Below, one piece after another: positions 1 to 9,090 of a stretch of 64,000 nucleotides of DNA. The notes beneath the pieces are model-generated. The model was not told the origin of the DNA and did no database searches. It saw nothing but the letters and a program-made list of their open reading frames with translations. The position numbers and the translations under genes were made by a program. Origin of the DNA: Gammaproteobacteria bacterium (GTDB lineage Bacteria > Pseudomonadota > Gammaproteobacteria > Natronospirales > JAJUFS01); assembly GCA_036381175.1 (NCBI GenBank), contig DASVDI010000021.1:56271-120270 (forward strand). The letters run 5' to 3'. Positions within the stretch are counted from its first letter, which is position 1, and each line of letters starts with the position of its first letter.

Positions 1-1271
1 GGTTTCATCAGGCAACTGCGCAGCACGCTGGCTTGTTCATCACGCCACTCGAGATCCGGCCACCAGGGTTCCAGCAGCGCACGCGGAAAACGCGCGATGG
101 CGAGATGCAGATTGTTTTTTTCGGCGCGCTGGAAGATATCATTGCTCGCGCGTGAAAGATTCTCGCTGTCGTCATTTGAATCCGCGAACAGCAGGATATC
201 CAGCTCTGGCGGCATCGCCACCCGCCAGCCGTCCTGCTGCAACATTTCTCGCCACTGCACGGCGGCATCGCGTCCCTGTTCAAGCCCACGCGCAAACTCC
301 CCGCCCTGCTCCAATGGCAACAGTTTCTGCGTCGCCCAGAGTGCGACGGCGGACGCACCGGCGCGTGAACATTCCAGGCTGATCTCGCCGAGATGCAGTT
401 CGTCGGAACTGAAATACGTGTAAGGCGAATCGTGCTTGTAGTGCTTGCCGAGCGAAGGGTCCGCGAACAGCACGCAACCGCACCCGTAAGGTTGAAGGCC
501 GTGCTTGTGCGGGTCGACGACAAGGGAATCCGCTTGCGGAATGGCATCGAACGCGCGGCGCGCGTTGTCATCGAGATTTGATGCCAGCGTGAAATATCCG
601 CCGTAAGCAGCATCGACGTGCACGCGCACACCGTACTTCCTCGCGAGCGGAATGATTTCATGCAAGGGATCAACGGCACCCGCGGCCGTCGTGCCGAGCG
701 TCGCGACGACAGTGCTCGCATCGCCTTTTTTCAGCCGCGCTTCCAGCGCATTCATGTCCATGTGCGCGAACTTGTCGACGGCAACGGCGTCGAACGGCAG
801 CTTCAGAACAGCGCTGATTCTCGAATGCGTGTAGTGCGCCTGTCCCGACGCAAGAATCACGCCGTCACGCTCCTGGCCCGAAATCCACAGGGCTTCAAGA
901 TTCGCGATCGTGCCGCTGCTCGTCAGGTGTCCAAGATTTTGTGCGAATCCGAACATGCGCGCGATTTCCGCAACCGCTTCCTTTTCCATCGCCGAACTCG
1001 CGCGTCCGCCGTCCAGCGCGTGGTTGTTCGGATTGATGAACATGGCAAGCCAGTACGCGAGCCGCACAACAGGATGCGGCGGTTTCAGCATCTGTCCGGC
1101 ATAGAGCGGATGGTGATACGGGAAATTGTCGTTAAGGCGTTCTGCAACCTGCATCAGCACCGATCGCAGCCGATCAATATCAACGCTTTCATCGAACGCT
1201 GGCAGGTCCGCGAAGCCTGCTTCGAGTTTCGCCAGCGCTTCTTCGAAAACTTTCAGACTTTCGCGTTCCAC
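1..1271 (-). CDS. PLP-dependent group II (fold-type I) amino-acid decarboxylase family protein; the C-terminus runs off the left edge
   Basis: This frame is absent from the ORF track because it has no stop in the window. My translation starts at GTG 1271-1269, with GAGG 8 nt upstream. It gives ...PYHHPLYAGQMLKPPHP..., ...HLTSSGTIANLEALW..., ...VHVDAAYGG... and ...SLVVDPHKHGLQPYGCG... The last is the PLP-lysine HK motif. The listed ORFs 8..721(-) and 618..1355(+) are Arg/Ser-rich off-frame artefacts. Confidence 0.8.
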   Translation of the reverse strand, partial: MERESLKVFEEALAKLEAGFADLPAFDESVDIDRLRSVLMQVAERLNDNFPYHHPLYAGQMLKPPHPVVRLAYWLAMFINPNNHALDGGRASSAMEKEAVAEIARMFGFAQNLGHLTSSGTIANLEALWISGQERDGVILASGQAHYTHSRISAVLKLPFDAVAVDKFAHMDMNALEARLKKGDASTVVATLGTTAAGAVDPLHEIIPLARKYGVRVHVDAAYGGYFTLASNLDDNARRAFDAIPQADSLVVDPHKHGLQPYGCGCVLFADPSLGKHYKHDSPYTYFSSDELHLGEISLECSRAGASAVALWATQKLLPLEQGGEFARGLEQGRDAAVQWREMLQQDGWRVAMPPELDILLFADSNDDSENLSRASNDIFQRAEKNNLHLAIARFPRALLEPWWPDLEWRDEQASVLRSCLMK

Positions 1272-1290
1272 TTGAGACCTCGCAGAAATC

Positions 1291-1317
1291 GTTGGGGTTC
1301 GCTTTGCTCACCCCAAC
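1291..1317. repeat. REP-like hairpin GTTGGGG-N13-CCCCAAC abutting the DctM-family permease stop codon
   Basis: The inverted repeat was read directly from the sequence. It shares the GTTGGGGTTCGC core with copies at 19033 and 34320/34346. Confidence 0.6.
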
Positions 1318-2595
1318 CTACAAAAGACCCAACGACAGCGCCGGCACGTAGGTGATGACAAGCACCGACAACAACAGGATGCCGAGATACGGCAATGTCG
1401 CCATGTAGATTTCCGTGATCGGCCGGTCGAAGCGATAACTCGCAATGAAAAGATTCAGGCCGACCGGCGGTGTCGAGTAACCAAGCTGCATGTTGGCGAG
1501 AAAGATGATTCCAAGATGCACGGGATGAATGCCGTACTGCGCGGCGATGGGCAATATCAACGGCACAACGAGCACCAGCGCGGAGAAGATGTCGAGAATC
1601 GCGCCGAGCACCAGCAGAAACACGTTCAGCAGCAACAGGAAACCCAGCGGGCTTTCCACGGCGCCGCGAATCAGCTCGAACAATTTTTGCGGCACGCCGG
1701 AATAGATCAGGAAATTTGTCGATGCCAGCGACACGCCGAGAATGATCAGCACACCACCGACCAGGATCATCGATTGCCGCACGATGCCCGGCAATCGCCG
1801 CCAGGAAATTTCACCCAGGATGAACACTTCCGCGACGATGACGTAAATCGCGGTAATTGCAGCCGCTTCCGAGACTGCGAAGAAACCGCCGTAGATTCCG
1901 CCGAGCACGACGAACGGCAAGGGAATTTCCCATGCGCATTCACGCAGCGCCGCTTTCGCGCGTCGCCAGTCGAAACCTTCCAAGGGCATGCGGTTCGCAC
2001 GATTCACCCAAAGCGCATACGCCGACAGCATCACGACCATCAACAGGCCAGGCAGGATTCCGGCGATGAACAGATCGTCGATCGAAATGCTCGCGCCTTC
2101 GCTCATCTGTTGCGCAACGACGCCATAAAGAATGAGTGGCAGCGACGGCGCGAACAGGATGCCGAGACTGCCTGATGTCGTGATCAGGCCGAGATTGAAA
2201 CGTTCCGGGTAGCCCGCCTGGTTCAGCGCCGGATACAGCAACGCGCCGAGCGCGATAATGGTGACGCCGGACGCACCGGTGAAGGCTGTGAAGAACGCGC
2301 AGGCAGCAAGCGCGACGATCGCAAGACCGCCCGGCATCCAGCCGAGAAAGGCGCGCGTGAAACGAACCAGTCTTCCCGGTGCGCCGGATTCGCTCAGCAC
2401 GTAACCCGCGAACGTGAACAACGGGATCGCGAGCAGGATGGGCATCTCCGCAATGCGATAGATTTCGATGCCCATGACGGAAAGATCGATATCCGCCGCG
2501 TGAAAATTCCACATCGCGCTGCCCGCTATTACCGCGAACAGCGGCATGCCAATCAAGGCGAGTAGCAAAAGGAAACCGCCGACGAGTATTTTCAC
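1318..2595 (-). CDS. TRAP transporter large permease (DctM family)
   Basis: Polytopic hydrophobic protein of ~425 aa. The start is trimmed to GTG 2595, which overlaps the upstream DctQ stop (GTGA). The longer ORF start at 2691 would overlap DctQ by 100 nt. Confidence 0.92.
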   Translation of the reverse strand: MKILVGGFLLLLALIGMPLFAVIAGSAMWNFHAADIDLSVMGIEIYRIAEMPILLAIPLFTFAGYVLSESGAPGRLVRFTRAFLGWMPGGLAIVALAACAFFTAFTGASGVTIIALGALLYPALNQAGYPERFNLGLITTSGSLGILFAPSLPLILYGVVAQQMSEGASISIDDLFIAGILPGLLMVVMLSAYALWVNRANRMPLEGFDWRRAKAALRECAWEIPLPFVVLGGIYGGFFAVSEAAAITAIYVIVAEVFILGEISWRRLPGIVRQSMILVGGVLIILGVSLASTNFLIYSGVPQKLFELIRGAVESPLGFLLLLNVFLLVLGAILDIFSALVLVVPLILPIAAQYGIHPVHLGIIFLANMQLGYSTPPVGLNLFIASYRFDRPITEIYMATLPYLGILLLSVLVITYVPALSLGLL

Positions 2596-3080
2596 GTGCC
2601 GGGCTCCGCGCGTGCTGGAAACACGACCGCGAAAAGGAAACGCCAGGTCATCAGCGCGAAGCCGAGCGGCAGGATGCTCTGCCAGATCCACACCGGCAAA
2701 CCTGCGATCTCAACATCACTCCAGGCGTATTCATCGCGCACGAAGCGGAAGGTATGCCAGGCAAGCAAGCCGCAGATGAGGGAAGTCGCGAGCGCGATGA
2801 TGCGTTTCAGCAAGGGCAGGAATTTCGGCGGCGCGAAGCGTGACAGCACATCGATGCTGATATGCCGGTCTTCACGCGTCGCCGTTACCGCGCCCAGCAT
2901 TGCGATCCACAGAACAAGCACGCGCAACAGCGGATCGATCCACGCAAAACCGGCATCGAAAAAATTCCGCATCACGATCTGTGCGCCGGCGAGCAACAGC
3001 ATCGCGGCGAACACGCCGATGAGCAATCCGTCTTCAAGCCAGCGAACGGAGCGCGCAAAACCCGCAAAAAAGCGCGTCAT
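2592..3080 (-). CDS. TRAP transporter small permease (DctQ family)
   Basis: 162-aa protein with about 4 TM segments, lying between DctP-like and DctM-like genes. Confidence 0.88.
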   Translation of the reverse strand: MTRFFAGFARSVRWLEDGLLIGVFAAMLLLAGAQIVMRNFFDAGFAWIDPLLRVLVLWIAMLGAVTATREDRHISIDVLSRFAPPKFLPLLKRIIALATSLICGLLAWHTFRFVRDEYAWSDVEIAGLPVWIWQSILPLGFALMTWRFLFAVVFPARAEPGT

Positions 3081-3083
3081 GGA

Positions 3084-4088
3084 TTATTGCGCCTTGTTCG
3101 CGCGCCAGGTTTCGAGCAGTTCGTACGCGCGCCGGGTGAGTTCCTCGGAGTACACACCCTCTTCCGCCATTTGCAGGTTCACCCGCTTCGCCGTCTCGCG
3201 CCAGCCTTGCAACGCCGCATCCGGCGCGTCGATGAATTCCACGCCTTGCGCCTTGAGTGCTTCGCGCGCACCTTCGTTGTCAACGCGATTCTGTTCATTC
3301 AACTTCTTGAATGTTGCTTCCATGATTTCGCGCGTGATGGCCTGGTCCGCGCCGGAAAGCCGGCTGAAGGCTTTGCTGTCGATAGCGAATAAGCCGATCA
3401 GATAAACGAGCGGCTCATCGGTCATGTATTTCACGCGCGTGTGCCATTGAAACGCAATCGCACCCAATGGCGATGCGCCGACCACGCTGACAAGCCCGGT
3501 CTGCAGGCCCGTAAGTACATCGGTGATCGGCATCTTGACGGGCGAGACGCCAAGCGCGCTCATCACGCGATACGAAATCATGTCGCTGTCCGGCACCCAG
3601 GCCTTTTCGTTTTTCAGATCATCCGTGGTGCGGATCGGCACGGTGGACATGATTGTCGCAAAGCCGCCTTCCGCGAAACCGAAATTCACGAAGCCGGCAT
3701 CTTCCAGTCCCTTGCGCAGCACTGGATCCAGTTCACGCCGCAGGTAATCCACTTCTTCAAGACTACGAAACAGGAATGGCAAACCGAGAACCTGGATGTC
3801 GGGATAAACGCCCGAAAGACCGCCGCCGGTGAACGCCGCGCCCTGCAACTGGCCGATGCGCATCTTGCGCAGCACGCTTCGGTCGTTGCCCATCACACCG
3901 CCCGGGTAGAACTTGAATGCAACGCGGCCTTCCGTACGTTGTTCGATCTCGGTTGCAGCCGCGCGCATTTCGTTCATCCACGATGAGCCGTCGGGCGCGA
4001 GCGTGGCAATCTTGAAAGTTGTCTGCGCTGCCTGGGCCGGCAACGTGAGGGAAAGAAAAGCAACGAGGATGAAGACCAGGTATCGCAT
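3084..4088 (-). CDS. TRAP transporter periplasmic substrate-binding protein (DctP family)
   Basis: Signal peptide MRYLVFILVAFLSLTLPAQA. The size and sequence pattern (KIATLAPDGSSW..., FKFYPGGVMG...) are typical of DctP-type binding proteins. Confidence 0.9.
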   Translation of the reverse strand: MRYLVFILVAFLSLTLPAQAAQTTFKIATLAPDGSSWMNEMRAAATEIEQRTEGRVAFKFYPGGVMGNDRSVLRKMRIGQLQGAAFTGGGLSGVYPDIQVLGLPFLFRSLEEVDYLRRELDPVLRKGLEDAGFVNFGFAEGGFATIMSTVPIRTTDDLKNEKAWVPDSDMISYRVMSALGVSPVKMPITDVLTGLQTGLVSVVGASPLGAIAFQWHTRVKYMTDEPLVYLIGLFAIDSKAFSRLSGADQAITREIMEATFKKLNEQNRVDNEGAREALKAQGVEFIDAPDAALQGWRETAKRVNLQMAEEGVYSEELTRRAYELLETWRANKAQ

Positions 4089-4124
4089 GAAAGAGCTCCG
4101 TTCGCTTCAAGCGTAAAGAATCAT

Positions 4125-4985
4125 TCAGAAGTAATCGTCGGCTGACGCCAGCAATTCGTGCGCGCGTTGCTGCGCGATCACGTTCATGAGGGTGAGGCCG
4201 CTCACGCGCGCATCGGCATCAATTACCTCGCGCAACACGCGATCGTGAAGTTCGCGGTCAAACAGCAGCCGCGCGTAATTTTCCGCGAGCGCGACCTTGG
4301 CACCGAGATTATGGCCGCCGGAAATTTCGATAGCGCGCTCGAAATGTTCGCGCGCCTCATCCGGCTTGCCGCCGAGTGCGGGCGGGCGCAAGGTCTTGAG
4401 AATGCCGAGGTAAACGTGCGCGTTGCCGTCGTTGTACGTTTCATCGATCCGGAGAACGGTTTCAAGAATCAGTTCCGTGCGGGGCAGGTCCGCAACTGCG
4501 CTCCAGTCGTCGGCGTGCGCGCGAATCCACACCAGCCAGGATTGCGCGAGTGCCGTGAGATACGGCAAGTCGTCTTCGTCATCAAGAACAGCGAGCGCGG
4601 ATTCGAGTTCCGCAAACGGCATGCGGCGTACGTCGCAAAGTTCTTCCATGTATTCGCAAATGCCTTGCCGGCCGTAGCGAAAAGCCCGATCGGAAAGCCG
4701 CTTCGCGCGTTCGGCATCGTCGATGAATACACCTGTGTACGCGGCATACAGCGACGCGCCCTGGCGCAACAGCTCATCGTCGTCGGCTTCCTCACCGATC
4801 AGGCTGTCGATCATCAACAGGTACGCCGGTGCCGCAGCCTTCACCGTAGCGGGATCGTCGTGATTGAGAATCGCGCGCGACAAATCGTCGGCGGCGCCCG
4901 AAACAAGACTTGCGCAACCGGTGCTGAACAGCACTGCCAGTGCAAATCCCGGAATGATCGCTCTTTTCATTATTCTTCTGAACAT
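4125..4985 (-). CDS. TatT-like TPR/helical lipoprotein (T-component of TPR-protein-associated TRAP transporters)
   Basis: Lipoprotein signal MKRAIIPGFALAVLFSTGC. The body is all-helical and lies immediately upstream of dctPQM. The start is trimmed to ATG 4985 because the upstream gene stops at 5002. Confidence 0.65.
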   Translation of the reverse strand: MFRRIMKRAIIPGFALAVLFSTGCASLVSGAADDLSRAILNHDDPATVKAAAPAYLLMIDSLIGEEADDDELLRQGASLYAAYTGVFIDDAERAKRLSDRAFRYGRQGICEYMEELCDVRRMPFAELESALAVLDDEDDLPYLTALAQSWLVWIRAHADDWSAVADLPRTELILETVLRIDETYNDGNAHVYLGILKTLRPPALGGKPDEAREHFERAIEISGGHNLGAKVALAENYARLLFDRELHDRVLREVIDADARVSGLTLMNVIAQQRAHELLASADDYF

Positions 4986-5001
4986 GTTCCGAAACGGTTC
5001 C

Positions 5002-6894
5002 TCAGTTCGTTGCGACCACGCCGCGCTGTTCCAGCAAACGCAGTTGTTGCAGATGGTTGCGCAACACGGCCTGCCTTGCCGCATCGCGCGTGCTGTTCAG
5101 CAAGGTCCGGTACTGCCGTTGCGCGTCCGCGAAAAGTCCTGCCTGCGTGAGCGCTTCCGCTGCCTGGAATCGCGCAGTCTGCGCCCAGGGATCGGCCGCG
5201 TAAGGATCGAGCAGCAACGCCGATTTAAGATAAGCGCGCGCGGCTTCGGCATATCGCTCAAGCGCTGTCAGCGAATCCGCGCGCCAGTACCAGAGTTCGC
5301 GCGCGTGCTGCGTGTCAGTCTCACCAGCGTGCAGGCGTGCAAGAAAATCCAGCGCCGCTTCGTGACGGCCAAGCGTTTGCAGGTCGAACACCACTTGCAG
5401 CGCGCGATCGCGCTTGAAGTCTTCCACAGTGCGAAACAACTGATCGAGCGCGGCAATGCCATCGTCGATGCGACCGCCGAGCAACAACACGCGCGCACGG
5501 CGCAAATGCCATTCACCCGGATCGGTCTGCTGCGGCGGATCGTCGAGACCGACCAGCAAGCGTGATGCCTGCGGAATATCACCGGCGTTCAACACGTGTT
5601 CCAGCAGCAGGTAACGCACGGCGGGCGGAATGTCGGCCTCTGTTTCAAAGCGATCCGATTCCAGGTACAACGCGCGCATCAGGTCGCCGCCATGCGGAAT
5701 CTTGTCGATCAGCGCGGCGAGTTGCCAATGCGCGACATCGGCCTGCTCCGCGCGGTACGCCTTCAATGCCACGACGGCAAACAAGGCGCGCGCGTGAATC
5801 GGTTGTTCGTCGTAACGGTTTGACGCGGCGAGGAACCACGCCTCGTCGTCGCCGACAATCAACTGCATCTGGTTGCCAAGCTGCTCGCCCAGCGCAAGGT
5901 AGGCATCCCACAAGGCATCCGCTGTCACGGGAACGATGGGCGCGGCGTCAGGCGTCTGTGCGATGACAAGTCCGCGTTCGAGCGCAGCAATATGCGCCTC
6001 GCGGCTGTTGAGCATCGCTGCCGCTTCCGCCGCAACGGCCCATGCCTCGCGCCGGTACGCCGGTTCCACGTCCTTGCTGACACCGAGCTTCACGGCGCGA
6101 TCAACGACGACGGCGGGTTTCATCGCACCCGACCAGAGTCCGGCGATCAACTGGAGAATTTCGACCTCGGTGCCTTCGAGTCCGTTTAGCAGCGCACTGG
6201 CTTCTTCCGGCGCCATCACGCGCAGCGCGAGCCGCGCGCGCGCAATCTGCCAGTCGCGCGAATCGTCCGCGTAGTCCTGCTGGAAGCGCTGGATCGCGAC
6301 GCGTGCGGCTTCCAGTTCGTCCATGGCTTCCCAGGCGCGAATGCTCAGGCGACGCCAGTGTTGCAGTTCCTGTTCCGATTTCGGCTCCGCGGACCACATG
6401 AGCGCGCGCAGTTCATCAAGCGCCGCTTCGCCCTCGCCGAGTGCGAGCAAGGCGCTCGCACGTTGCGTTTTCGCCCAGCGGTGATCGGCGAGTGAAAGAT
6501 TTTCCGGGAGGTTATCAAGGTGCGCGGCAAGCACGTCCCAGCGCGCGCCACTGCGCAGGATTTCGACACGCGCCGCCTCGAAGCGGCGCCAGCCTTCCGG
6601 GTCCGTGGCGTAATCCGGTTGCGTGTTGCCCAGCACCTGCAATGCCAGCTCGACCGCGCCGGCGGCAGCGAGTTGTGCGCTTTCGGCCAGCGCGACATCG
6701 CTGCTGGCGGTCGTGTTTTCTGACGACGAGATATCGTCGATTGGCGCACCACTGGTCGCTTGTGACGGTGTATTAACCGTTGCCGTTTCCAACGGCGGCG
6801 CACTTTCTTTCAACGCGTCCGCGGTGTCAGGCAAGGCAATAGGTGCCGCGCCGGTCAACAGCAGGCTTGTTGCTATTGGCAGGAAAAAGTTCAT
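5002..6894 (-). CDS. Secreted 630-aa Ala/Leu/Arg/Glu-rich helical-repeat (TPR-like) protein, function unknown
   Basis: Long ORF with an N-terminal signal-like segment, MNFFLPIATSLLLTGAAPIA. It lies 16 nt upstream of the TatT-like gene on the same strand. I recognise no catalytic motif. Confidence 0.75.
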   Translation of the reverse strand: MNFFLPIATSLLLTGAAPIALPDTADALKESAPPLETATVNTPSQATSGAPIDDISSSENTTASSDVALAESAQLAAAGAVELALQVLGNTQPDYATDPEGWRRFEAARVEILRSGARWDVLAAHLDNLPENLSLADHRWAKTQRASALLALGEGEAALDELRALMWSAEPKSEQELQHWRRLSIRAWEAMDELEAARVAIQRFQQDYADDSRDWQIARARLALRVMAPEEASALLNGLEGTEVEILQLIAGLWSGAMKPAVVVDRAVKLGVSKDVEPAYRREAWAVAAEAAAMLNSREAHIAALERGLVIAQTPDAAPIVPVTADALWDAYLALGEQLGNQMQLIVGDDEAWFLAASNRYDEQPIHARALFAVVALKAYRAEQADVAHWQLAALIDKIPHGGDLMRALYLESDRFETEADIPPAVRYLLLEHVLNAGDIPQASRLLVGLDDPPQQTDPGEWHLRRARVLLLGGRIDDGIAALDQLFRTVEDFKRDRALQVVFDLQTLGRHEAALDFLARLHAGETDTQHARELWYWRADSLTALERYAEAARAYLKSALLLDPYAADPWAQTARFQAAEALTQAGLFADAQRQYRTLLNSTRDAARQAVLRNHLQQLRLLEQRGVVATN

Positions 6895-6941
6895 GCACGA
6901 ATCATAGCGTGGATGGGAAATTCAGACGAAAAACGGCGTCA

Positions 6942-6978
6942 AAAAAATGGCGGACAATATGGAATTGCCCGCCATTTT
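6942..6978 (-). terminator. Rho-independent terminator after rplS
   Basis: AATGGCGG...CCGCCATT stem with an inner CAAT/ATTG stem. A T7 run follows on the minus strand, ~60 nt downstream of the rplS stop. Confidence 0.7.
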
Positions 6979-7037
6979 GATTTCCTGTTGAAGACCGCGC
7001 GGAACCTGACAACGTTCGGTAGCTTCCGCGTAAATCG

Positions 7038-7382
7038 TCAGACCTTTTCTTTCACGCGTGCGCTCTTGCCCTGGCGATCGCGCAGGTAATAAAGCTTCGC
7101 GCGACGCACGTCGCCACGGCGCTTCACTTCAATGGAAGCAACCGTCGGGCTGTAGGTCTGGAAGACGCGCTCGACGCCTTCGCCGTGCGACATCTTGCGC
7201 ACGGTGAACGCGCTGTGCAGGCCGCGGTTGCGCTTGGCAATCACGACGCCTTCGAACGCCTGCAAGCGTTCACGCTCGCCTTCGATCACTTTCACCTGCA
7301 CGACGACGGTGTCGCCAGCGCCGAATTCCGGCACGTCGCGGTTCATCTGTTCCGCTTCGAGTTCGTTGATAATGTTGCTCAT
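7038..7382 (-). CDS. rplS: 50S ribosomal protein L19
   Basis: The sequence ...[32 protein letters not shown]... is a canonical L19. Confidence 0.98.
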   Translation of the reverse strand: MSNIINELEAEQMNRDVPEFGAGDTVVVQVKVIEGERERLQAFEGVVIAKRNRGLHSAFTVRKMSHGEGVERVFQTYSPTVASIEVKRRGDVRRAKLYYLRDRQGKSARVKEKV

Positions 7383-7431
7383 CGTCGTTCACCCATTGCA
7401 ATGCCGTGTCTTGTTCGGCGTATTTTCGAAA

Positions 7432-8169
7432 CTAGTTCTTCAGCCGGATGTATTCATCCAGCAGCTTCTTCTGTTCATCCGTCAGTTCGATTGCCTCAAG
7501 CAAGTCCGGGCGACGTTCCCAGGTTCTTCCCAGCGACTGCATCATTCGCCAGCGCCGGATCTCGGCATGGTTGCCGTCGAGCAGCACCTTGGGCACCTTG
7601 CGTCCGTCGATGTCCTCGGGCCGCGTGTAATGCGGGCAATCCAGCAATCCGTTCACGAAGGAATCCTCCTTCGCCGAATCCGCGTCGCCGAGTACACCGG
7701 GCAGCAATCGCGCGATCGCATCGACCACGATCATCGCGGCCAGTTCACCGCCGGAAAGCACGTAATCGCCGATGGAAATTTCCTCGTCGACTTCGCGCTC
7801 GGTGAAACGTTCATCAACACCTTCGTAGCGCCCGGCCACCAGGATCAGTCCCGGCTCGTCCGCCAACTCGTCCGCCACTGCCTGCGTGAATCGCCGGCCC
7901 TGCGGACTCAGGTACACGGTGCGAAACCGCTTGCCAGAGGATGCGCGCGCGTCCTGCACCGCGTCCGTCAGCGGCTCGACCTTCATCACCATTCCCGGGC
8001 CACCGCCATAAGGGCGATCATCAACGGTGCGGTGCTTGTCGGTCGCGTAATCGCGCGGATTCCAGGTCCGAAGATCCAGGCTGCCGCTTTCCGCTGCGCG
8101 ACCGGTCACCCCGAAACGCGCAACGTTTTCAATCATTTCCGGAAACAGCGTGACGACATCGATACGCAT
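7432..8169 (-). CDS. trmD: tRNA (guanine37-N1)-methyltransferase
   Basis: [12 protein letters not shown]..., ...[13 protein letters not shown]... Synteny rimM-trmD-rplS. Confidence 0.97.
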   Translation of the reverse strand: MRIDVVTLFPEMIENVARFGVTGRAAESGSLDLRTWNPRDYATDKHRTVDDRPYGGGPGMVMKVEPLTDAVQDARASSGKRFRTVYLSPQGRRFTQAVADELADEPGLILVAGRYEGVDERFTEREVDEEISIGDYVLSGGELAAMIVVDAIARLLPGVLGDADSAKEDSFVNGLLDCPHYTRPEDIDGRKVPKVLLDGNHAEIRRWRMMQSLGRTWERRPDLLEAIELTDEQKKLLDEYIRLKN

Positions 8170-8187
8170 GCTGCTTCCTCAAACCGT

Positions 8188-8703
8188 TCAGAAATCCGGA
8201 TCCCAGTCCACGACGAGAACGCCCTGTTCGAGATCGATCTGTTTCACCACCTGCCCGCGAATGAAAGGAACCAGCCGTTCGCGTTCGCCTTTCACCACCA
8301 GCACGTCATTCGCGCCGGTTTCAAGCAAGTGATCCACCGCGCCGAGTTCAACGCCAGCTTCCGTGCGGACCTGCAAACCTTCGAGATCAGCCCAGTAAAC
8401 TTCGCCGGCTTCCGTCTCGGGCAACTCGCGACGCCAGATGGCAATCTCGGCATCCATCAATGCGGCGGCGGCATCGCGATCATCAATTCCCGCCAGCTTC
8501 GCGATCACGTTCTTGCCGTGCCGCTGACCGGTTTCGATTTTCACGTCGCGCCATTCGTCGCGAACGTGGAGCTGCCAGTCGCCGTATTCGAGAATGGCTT
8601 CGCGGGGTTCAGTACCCGAGAAGACTTTTATCCATCCCCGGACGCCGAAAAGGCCGGAAACCCGGCCCAGAACGACACGCTTGTCTTCGTGTTCCGTCAT
8701 CAC
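8188..8703 (-). CDS. rimM: 16S rRNA processing protein RimM
   Basis: ...LGRVSGLFGVRGWIKV... Located between rpsP and trmD. Confidence 0.95.
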   Translation of the reverse strand: MMTEHEDKRVVLGRVSGLFGVRGWIKVFSGTEPREAILEYGDWQLHVRDEWRDVKIETGQRHGKNVIAKLAGIDDRDAAAALMDAEIAIWRRELPETEAGEVYWADLEGLQVRTEAGVELGAVDHLLETGANDVLVVKGERERLVPFIRGQVVKQIDLEQGVLVVDWDPDF

Positions 8704-8728
8704 GCCCTCGACGGACGGTGTTACGGAA

Positions 8729-8980
8729 TCAAGCCTGCGCTTGCGGCTTCTGCTTCAGCAGGCTCGAGACGCGATCCGAAGGCTTCGCACCCTTGCCCAG
8801 CCAGAAATCGGCGCGCTCGCGATCCAGGCGCAGCTTTTCCTCGCCACCGGTGGCGATCGGATTGAAGAAACCGAGGCGCTCGATGTAGCGGCCATCGCGC
8901 TTGTTGCGGCTATCAGTGACGATGATGTGGTAGAAGGGACGCTTCTTCGCACCGCTACGGGCCAGACGGATCGTTACCAT
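8729..8980 (-). CDS. rpsP: 30S ribosomal protein S16
   Basis: [21 protein letters not shown]... is a canonical S16. Confidence 0.98.
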   Translation of the reverse strand: MVTIRLARSGAKKRPFYHIIVTDSRNKRDGRYIERLGFFNPIATGGEEKLRLDRERADFWLGKGAKPSDRVSSLLKQKPQAQA

Positions 8981-9090
8981 TTGTCAGTGTTTCCTTGGAG
9001 TCGGTTCACTGCCCCGGGACCGATCTGGCCCGAGGCAACGTAAACGGCGCATTTTACGGGAATTTTTCGAAAAGTGAAGGGTTCGGGAGG

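Noticed and set aside
8-1355. Track ORFs 8..721(-) and 618..1355(+), considered as the genes of the first 1.3 kb.
   Set aside because: Both translate to Arg/Ser/Cys-rich low-complexity sequence. A third frame on the minus strand is not listed because it lacks a stop in the window. That frame gives a clean PLP-decarboxylase sequence with the HK PLP-lysine motif and a GTG start with an RBS.
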